From contig WRLJ01000001.1 in NCBI GenBank assembly GCA_009777685.1, positions 1-32,020 of the forward strand: a stretch of DNA of 32,020 bases, read 5' to 3'. The notes beneath the pieces are model-generated. The model searched no databases. It saw nothing but the letters and a program-made list of their open reading frames with translations, and was not told the DNA's origin. Position numbers and translations under genes: made by a program. This stretch comes from Oscillospiraceae bacterium. GTDB lineage: Bacteria > Bacillota > Clostridia > Oscillospirales > UBA929. Positions 8,446-13,990 of the stretch are shown piece after piece. The stretch's first letter is position 1, and every line of letters starts with the position of its first letter.

Positions 8446-8952
8446 GTGGAGCGTCCGGAAATGGCCGAAATCTATGAAACGTACTTCTCAAAAATTTATA
8501 ATTTTATCTTTTACAAGGTCATGCACAAGGAAATCGCCGAGGATTTGGTCAGCATGGTCTTTCTCAAAGCGCTGGAAAAATATAGCTCCTACGATATGGA
8601 CAAAGGCGCCATCTCCACGTGGCTGTACGCCATCGCGCAAAATCTGCTCACCGACTATTACCGGACCCGCAAAATCCCGGTCAGCCTGGACGAAGCCACC
8701 GGCGACCTGGCGCTTTGCGTAGACTTTGAGGAGCAGTCCTCGCTGATCGCGGACGAGACGCGGCGCGAGCTGTATCTGGCGCTGGCCGAACTGGACCCGC
8801 GCACGCGCGACATCCTTTCGCAAAAATATTTTCTGGAGAAGAGCATCCGCCAGATCGCGTCGGAAAGGCAAATGAACGAAAGCACCGTCTCCACCATCCA
8901 CAACCGCGGGCTGAGCAAGCTGCGCGCGAGGATGGGCGGCGGCGTTCTCTGA
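8446..8952 (+). CDS. ECF-type sigma-70 family RNA polymerase sigma factor
   Basis: Region 2-like: IYNFIFYKVMHKEIAEDLVSMVFLKALEKY...STWLYAIAQNLLTDYYR. Region 4-like HTH: LDPRTRDILSQKYFLEKSIRQIASERQMNESTVSTIHNRGLSKLR. The GTG at 8446 is preceded by GGGGAGGG; an alternative ATG is at 8461. Confidence 0.85.
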   Translation: MERPEMAEIYETYFSKIYNFIFYKVMHKEIAEDLVSMVFLKALEKYSSYDMDKGAISTWLYAIAQNLLTDYYRTRKIPVSLDEATGDLALCVDFEEQSSLIADETRRELYLALAELDPRTRDILSQKYFLEKSIRQIASERQMNESTVSTIHNRGLSKLRARMGGGVL

Positions 8953-8958
8953 GTTTGC

Positions 8959-8987
8959 GTGAGCTATCGGAAGGGTTTGGCCGTATA
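8959..8987 (+). promoter_or_regulatory. Candidate ECF-type promoter P1: G-TGAGCT-N16-CGTATA
   Basis: GTGAGCTAT is at 8959-8967 and CGTATA at 8982-8987. The same two boxes occur at an identical 23-nt offset at 21264/21287 and 26438/26461. The architecture resembles the B. subtilis SigW-type TGAAAC-N16-CGTATA. It lies about 48 nt upstream of the ATG at 9035. Confidence 0.5.
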
Positions 8988-9034
8988 AGAGGACACGGAG
9001 CCAGCGGGCCAGACAAGCAAGGGAGGTGAGGTTT

Positions 9035-9247
9035 ATGCCGGACTTGAACAGCAAACATCTGGATTTTTCCCAGGAGTCGAATCTGAAGGAACGGCTGTGG
9101 GCGCAGATACAGCAGCGCATGGCTGAGCGCGCGCCGCTGCGCGAGGAAATCGGGCTGGAGGAGCTGGGGCCGCGGGCAGCAGCGCCCCGCGCCGCGGAGA
9201 GCGCGGGCAATAAGCCTCCGCAGAAAGAGCATACGCGCCAGAAATAA
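9035..9247 (+). CDS. Small hydrophilic hypothetical protein (70 aa), possible sigma-factor partner
   Basis: Strong RBS GGGAGGTGAGG lies before the ATG at 9035. The ORF is immediately downstream of the sigma gene. It has no TM segment and no recognisable domain. Confidence 0.45.
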   Translation: MPDLNSKHLDFSQESNLKERLWAQIQQRMAERAPLREEIGLEELGPRAAAPRAAESAGNKPPQKEHTRQK

Positions 9248-9282
9248 CCGGCGCGAAAATACAGGGAAGGGTGAATGCCCGC

Positions 9283-9474
9283 ATGGAGCAGTATGACAAT
9301 CCCGGCCGGCCGGCAGGGCCGGAGCAGGGAACGGCGGACCCATCGAACGCCATGAGGGTTCCGATTACGCTGGCGGAGCTGATGCGGGAGGCCGACCTCA
9401 GCCGCCCCGCGAAAACCGCCGCCGCGCGCAGCGATCCGTCCGTCAAGCCGGATCGTACTATGGGAGCGAGGTGA
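9283..9474 (+). CDS. Small hypothetical protein (63 aa)
   Basis: The ATG at 9283 is preceded by GGGAAGGG. The ORF ends 6 nt before the VirD4-like start. Its composition is Pro/Ala/Arg-rich, so coding status is uncertain. Confidence 0.3.
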   Translation: MEQYDNPGRPAGPEQGTADPSNAMRVPITLAELMREADLSRPAKTAAARSDPSVKPDRTMGAR

Positions 9475-9480
9475 GCGGGA

Positions 9481-11463
9481 TTGAACACATGGATCCGTAA
9501 AATTCTGACGTGGCTGCTCGGCTGTTTCTTTGCCGTGGCGGTGATGGGCTACATCCTGATCGTTCTGATCGAGAAGGGCGCGGAAACCGTCCGGACGCAG
9601 GACTACAGCCTGCTCTGGGAGCCCAGTCTGTTTTTGCGCACGGAGACCTACATCTGGGGCGGGGCCGCGGCTGTGCTGCTGGTCGTCCTCTACTTCGTCT
9701 ACGGCAACAATGACGCCCGGCGCGCCAAGCGCATGATGAAGAGCAAGGCCAAGGGCGTGGAGGGCGCGCTGGAAAACTCCCGCTTTATGAATGACGAGGA
9801 GCGCGACTACAACTTCGCGCCGTACCGCTACAGCAAGCTCAAGGAAAGCAAGAAGGACGGCGTGCCCGTGCGGGCCATCATGGAGGGCAAGGAGCTGAAG
9901 GTCAACCTGGCCCCGCCCATGCACGGCCTGATTATCGGCGCCACCGGCAGCGGCAAGACCACCACCTTTATCAATCCGATGGTCCAGATCCTGGGCGAGA
10001 CCCAGGCCGCCTCGTCGATGATTCTGACCGACCCCAAGGGCGAGCTGTTCCAGATGCACTCCCAGAAGCTGAAGAAGAAGGGGTACAAGGTCATGGTGCT
10101 GGACCTGCGCGACCCCTATTCCTCGTACCGCTGGAACCCGCTGGAGGGTATGTTCCGCATGTATACCGAGTACCTGGAGGGCGGCAAGGGCATTTTCCGG
10201 CGGCGCGACTCGGCGGTCAGCTCCGGCCTGGAGCTGCACGACCCCCCGGAAGCCTTCGGCGAGTGCTGGTATGAGTACCAGGGCACAGCCTACGCCTCCA
10301 GCAAGGAACTGAGCGGCATCATCAAGGTCAAGCGCCAGCGCATTTATGACGAGATGTACGAGGACCTCAACGACCTGGTCAGCGTGCTTTGCCCCATCGA
10401 GTCGGCGGACGACCCCGTGTGGGAAAAGGGCGCGCGCTCGGTCATTATGGCTACCTTGCTGGCTATGCTGGAGGACAGCGAGAACCCGGATTTGGACATG
10501 ACGATGGAGAAGTTCAACTTCTTCAACCTCAACAAGGCCATCGCCAACTCCGAAAACGAGTTTGCGGCCCTGAAGGAGTATTTCAAAGGACGCGACACGC
10601 TCTCCAAGGCCGTCACCCTGTCCCGGCAGGTGCTGTCCGCCGCCGACACGACGCTGGCTAGCTATATGTCCATCGCCTTTGACAAGATGAGCATGTTCAA
10701 TGACGAGGGTATATGCGCGCTGACCTCGGCCACCGACATCAACCCCGACGACTTCGCCGACCGGCCCACCGCGCTGTTTTTGAAAATCCCCGACGAGAAG
10801 GACACGCGCCACGGCCTGGCGGCGGTCTTCGTGCTGTGCATCTATAAGGCGCTGATTAAAAAGGCGTCCGCGCGCGAGGACTTGTCGCTGCCGCGCAATG
10901 TCTACTTCATCCTGGACGAGTTCGGCAACATGCCGAAGATTGACAAGTTTGACAAGATGATCACCGTCGGCCGCAGCCGGAAAATCTGGTTTAACATGGT
11001 GGTGCAGTCCTACGCCCAGCTCAACAACGTCTACGGCGACACCGTGGCCGACATCGTCAAGAGCAACTGCGGCATCAAGATGTTCATCGGCTCCAACGAC
11101 ATCGAGACCTGCAAGGAGTTCTCCGAGCTGTGCGGCAACATGACCATCTCCACCAGCAGCGTCTCCAGCTCCACGGGCGACAAGTCCGGCAATTTGTCGG
11201 TCTCGACGCAAATCCAGACGCGCCCGCTGATTTACCCGTCCGATCTGCAAAAGCTGAACAATAAGGAAAGCACCGGCAACTCCATCATCGTCACGTTCGG
11301 CAACTATCCGCTGCAAACCAAGTTCACGCCCAGCTACAAATGCCCGCTGTACCAGTTCGGCATGATGGACCTCACCGAAGCGCGCAGCAATGTGTTCTAC
11401 AGCGAGGAGGTCTACTACGACCTGGCCTACCGCAATCAGCTTATCCTGACAAAGGACGGTTGA
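9481..11463 (+). CDS. VirD4/TraG-family type IV coupling protein (T4CP ATPase)
   Basis: The TTG start at 9481 is preceded by GAGGTGA. There are two N-terminal TM helices. Walker A is GLIIGATGSGKTTT, the family motif is LTDPKGELF and Walker B is VYFILDEFGNMPKI. Confidence 0.85.
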   Translation: MNTWIRKILTWLLGCFFAVAVMGYILIVLIEKGAETVRTQDYSLLWEPSLFLRTETYIWGGAAAVLLVVLYFVYGNNDARRAKRMMKSKAKGVEGALENSRFMNDEERDYNFAPYRYSKLKESKKDGVPVRAIMEGKELKVNLAPPMHGLIIGATGSGKTTTFINPMVQILGETQAASSMILTDPKGELFQMHSQKLKKKGYKVMVLDLRDPYSSYRWNPLEGMFRMYTEYLEGGKGIFRRRDSAVSSGLELHDPPEAFGECWYEYQGTAYASSKELSGIIKVKRQRIYDEMYEDLNDLVSVLCPIESADDPVWEKGARSVIMATLLAMLEDSENPDLDMTMEKFNFFNLNKAIANSENEFAALKEYFKGRDTLSKAVTLSRQVLSAADTTLASYMSIAFDKMSMFNDEGICALTSATDINPDDFADRPTALFLKIPDEKDTRHGLAAVFVLCIYKALIKKASAREDLSLPRNVYFILDEFGNMPKIDKFDKMITVGRSRKIWFNMVVQSYAQLNNVYGDTVADIVKSNCGIKMFIGSNDIETCKEFSELCGNMTISTSSVSSSTGDKSGNLSVSTQIQTRPLIYPSDLQKLNNKESTGNSIIVTFGNYPLQTKFTPSYKCPLYQFGMMDLTEARSNVFYSEEVYYDLAYRNQLILTKDG

Positions 11464-11465
11464 CC

Positions 11466-13079
11466 ATGAATAGGAAAACGCTCATCCTCATACTGGCCGT
11501 CGCGGCGCTTTGCGTGGTTGTTGCCATGCTCGCCGTTCCGGCGCTGGCGGGTCCGGACGACTCCGCGTTCCCCTCTCCTGAGCCGAGCGCGTCTGTTTCC
11601 CCTGCCCCCGCTCCGGGCCAGACTCCGCCGGGCCAGTCCCCCCCAGACCAGACCCCCCCGGGCCAGACCTCGCGGCCGGACGGGAGCGACGCCCCAAGCC
11701 CGACGTCGTCCTCCGCGCCGCCGCCGTTCCCGGATTGGTTTAACCAGCTGACCGACATGCCGGCGTGGCTGTTCACGGTCGATGAATTTCCCGCGTGGTT
11801 TTACGAGCTGCCCTCCGAGCCGGACTGGTTCCGGCAGGCCGCCCGGATTCCAAGCTGGTTTTACCAGATCACCGAAATTCCCGCCTGGTTCTATCCGCCG
11901 GAGCCGTGCCCCTGCGGGATGGAGTCGTGCGAGTGCGCCGGCGGGCCGGAGGACTGCGACTGCGCGGACCCGCTTTGGCCCGGCCCGGAGCCGCTGATTT
12001 GCCCCTGCGGTATTCCCAACTGCCTGTGCGAGGGCGACCCGGACTGCGAGTGCGCCGGGCCGCGGCCCGACCCGGACTGCCCCTGCGGGATGCCGGACTG
12101 CCTGTGCGAGGGGGAGCCGGACTGCGAGTGCGACCCCTACACCCCGATCCCGCCCGGCTTCTGCCCCTGCGGGATTCTGGGCTGTGACTGTGAGGGCGGG
12201 CCGGACTGCGACTGCGCGGAGGGGGGCTTCATCCTGCCCGATCCCGATCCCATCGACAACCCCGAGCTGCCGGTGAGCCTGCCGCATACCGTCCCGATTC
12301 CGGGCGGGGTGGGGGAGATTCGGTCGAGCGTGCCCCACGATCTGGTCACCAACACCGCCGTCAGCGTGGAATTTCCCTCGCATCTGTACATCACCCGGGA
12401 CGGCGAGCTGTTCTCCTGGACCCCCGGGGACGTGCTGGCAGACCCCGGATTTTATGAAATCGGCTCCCCGGACGTCGCCCCCGCCCCGCTGTTCCGCTTT
12501 CGGATTGTGCGCGGCCCGGTCAACGACTTGCCGGAATATACCGCGCCCAACGGCTTTTTTATCCGTGAGGTGAGCTACAACGAGACCTTGTTCGTAGTCC
12601 ATAGTATCTCCTACCCGCTGGAAGAGGACGGCGCGTACTTCCTGATTTTGCAGGAAGGCAGCCCGGAGAATTTTGTGGAAGTCCCGGAGGACGTCGACCC
12701 GGAATCCGGCTGGGTTCCGCCCGAAATGATTTATGTGTCTGTGGAGATTGACCGCACGCCGCCCGTTCTGACCTTTGAGGGGCTGGACGACGAGGATACG
12801 GCCTACGGCCCGGTCAGCTGGAGCGCCGACGAGCCGAACGTCTCCATCCGGGTGGTGCGGAACAACAAGCACTATGACTATAACCTCTGGGAGCTGTCCG
12901 AGACCGGGCAATATTTAATCATTGCCTCGGACGCGGCGGGCAACGAGAGCCTATATGCCCTGACCCTCCGGTATGACATGAACGCGGCCGCCATTTGGAC
13001 AATTGTGATTGCCGCCCTCCTGCTGTCGTCGCTGGCCGGGTATTTGATTTACTACCGCCGGCATCTGCGGGTGCGGTGA
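11466..13079 (+). CDS. Secreted, C-terminally membrane-anchored repeat protein (signal peptide, Pro-rich linker, six Trp decapeptide repeats, four CPCG Cys-rich repeats, Ig-like C-terminal region, TM anchor)
   Basis: The start was trimmed to the ATG at 11466 (MNRKTLILILAVAALCVVVAMLAVPALAG), 2 nt after the VirD4-like stop. Repeats are P[DAS]W[FL].. x6 (aa 89-146) and CPCGxxxCxCxGxP[DE]DC[DE]C x4 (aa 148-251, 24 Cys). The C-terminal TM is AAIWTIVIAALLLSSLAGYLIYY followed by RRHLRVR. Confidence 0.75.
   Translation: MNRKTLILILAVAALCVVVAMLAVPALAGPDDSAFPSPEPSASVSPAPAPGQTPPGQSPPDQTPPGQTSRPDGSDAPSPTSSSAPPPFPDWFNQLTDMPAWLFTVDEFPAWFYELPSEPDWFRQAARIPSWFYQITEIPAWFYPPEPCPCGMESCECAGGPEDCDCADPLWPGPEPLICPCGIPNCLCEGDPDCECAGPRPDPDCPCGMPDCLCEGEPDCECDPYTPIPPGFCPCGILGCDCEGGPDCDCAEGGFILPDPDPIDNPELPVSLPHTVPIPGGVGEIRSSVPHDLVTNTAVSVEFPSHLYITRDGELFSWTPGDVLADPGFYEIGSPDVAPAPLFRFRIVRGPVNDLPEYTAPNGFFIREVSYNETLFVVHSISYPLEEDGAYFLILQEGSPENFVEVPEDVDPESGWVPPEMIYVSVEIDRTPPVLTFEGLDDEDTAYGPVSWSADEPNVSIRVVRNNKHYDYNLWELSETGQYLIIASDAAGNESLYALTLRYDMNAAAIWTIVIAALLLSSLAGYLIYYRRHLRVR
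12570..12598 (+). promoter_or_regulatory. Weaker fourth match to the P1-P3 motif (GTGAGCTAC-N14-CGTAGT) inside the surface-protein gene
   Basis: GTGAGC is at 12570-12575 and CGTAGT at 12593-12598, the same 23-nt offset as P1-P3. The -10-like box is degenerate and the location is intragenic. Confidence 0.2.
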
Positions 13080-13490
13080 GGAGGAACCCGCCCTAAGGCT
13101 CCTTTCCTAAAGGAGCTGTCGGCGAAGCCGACTGAGGATTGACAAAGTTCCCGTAGCGTTACCCCCAAGCGCGTACCCCGCCCTAAAATCCTCCGTCACG
13201 CCTTGCGGCGTGCCACCTCCTTTACGAAAGGAGGCTCACGCGCCCTAAGGCTCCTTTCCTAAAGGAGCTGTCGGCGAAGCCGACTGAGGATTGACAAAGT
13301 TCCCCCGCAAGCCCCCAAGCGCGTGCCCCGCCCTAAAATCCTCCGTCACGCCTGACGGCGTGCCACCTCCTTTACGAAAGGAGGCTCACGCGCCCTAAGG
13401 CTCCTTTCCTAAGGAGGAACCCGCGCCCTAAGGCTCCTTTCCTAAAGGAGCTGTCGGCGAAGCCGACTGAGGATTGACAAAGTTCCCGCA
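13079..13490. repeat. Tandem structured intergenic repeats, period about 150-152 bp, built from two hairpin-rich sub-units
   Basis: Unit A (CGCCCTAAGGCTCCTTTCCTAAAGGAGCTGTCGGCGAAGCCGACTGAGGATTGACAAAGTTCCC) occurs at 13089-13152, 13241-13304 and 13424-13487, with a truncated copy at 13391. Unit B (..CCCCAAGCGCGT.CCCCGCCCTAAAATCCTCCGTCACGCC....GGCGTGCCACCTCCTTTACGAAAGGAGGCTCACG) occurs twice. Four stems are visible: GCTCCTTT/AAAGGAGC, GTCGGC/GCCGAC, CACGCC/GGCGTG and CCTCCTTT/AAAGGAGG. Confidence 0.85.
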
Positions 13491-13571
13491 CAGCCCCCCC
13501 CCCAATGTCTTTCGGCCCGTTCCCTCGGGTCGTTGGCATAGATATTTTACCATGAAAAGGAGGTGCAACAC

Positions 13572-13910
13572 ATGTACGGAGCGTTCAATTCCTTGGTCCT
13601 CACCGCCGCGGCGGCGGCGCCCGATCTCGGGAAGGTCGTGTCTCCGATTACCACGCTGCTGGAGACCATCTTTACCGTGGCCATCCCTTTGGTGGGCGCG
13701 ATCGGCGCAATCTACTGCATCCTTCTTGGCCTGAAGCTGGCCAAGGCCGACGAGCAGCAGGACCGCGAAAAATCCAAGCACGCCCTGAAAAACGCCATCA
13801 TCGGTTTTGTGCTGATCTTTGTGCTGGTCGTCGCGCTGCGCATCGGACTGCCCATCATGAGCGAATGGGCCGACAGCCAAACGGCGACGCAGACAGAAGC
13901 CCCGGCGTAG
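13572..13910 (+). CDS. VirB2/TrbC-like small two-TM (pilin-like) T4SS protein
   Basis: RBS AAGGAGGTG lies 6 nt before the ATG at 13572. The 112-aa protein has a hydrophobic leader, TM1 (IFTVAIPLVGAIGAIYCILLGL), a short charged loop (KLAKADEQQDREKSKHALK) and TM2 (NAIIGFVLIFVLVVAL). It sits immediately upstream of the VirB6-like and VirB4-like genes. Confidence 0.6.
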   Translation: MYGAFNSLVLTAAAAAPDLGKVVSPITTLLETIFTVAIPLVGAIGAIYCILLGLKLAKADEQQDREKSKHALKNAIIGFVLIFVLVVALRIGLPIMSEWADSQTATQTEAPA

Positions 13911-13990
13911 CTGTCCAACTGAACAGGGCTGCCGCGGAGCGCAACCGCAATCCGTCGGAAGGCGCGGCAGCCCGGGAGTGAGTGTTTGTC

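Noticed and set aside
9471-9500. GTGAGC at 9471 as a further copy of the P1-P3 promoter motif. Other GTGAGC occurrences were seen at 7890, 12270, 27427 and 30775.
   Set aside because: No CGTATA-like box lies at the +23 offset (9471 has CGTAAA at +25, inside the virD4-like coding region). The hexamer there is part of the RBS, stop codon or coding context.
8488-11316. 942-aa minus-strand ORF opposite the sigma factor and VirD4-like genes
   Set aside because: It is antisense to genes with Walker motifs and sigma regions. Its composition is dominated by Arg/Ala/Gly/Leu/His, it has no recognisable motif and it crosses several intergenic regions. This is a GC-driven artefact.
13138-13484. TTGACA hexamers inside each unit A repeat as -35 promoter elements for the pilin-like gene
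   Set aside because: No acceptable -10 hexamer lies 16-18 nt downstream of any copy (the last copy is followed by a C-run). The hexamer is most likely just part of the repeat consensus.
13079-13490. Possible CRISPR array
   Set aside because: The period is about 150 bp and the 'spacers' are themselves repeated (unit B occurs twice, nearly identical). There are no 25-40 bp unique spacers and no cas genes, so these are REP/MITE-like tandem repeats.
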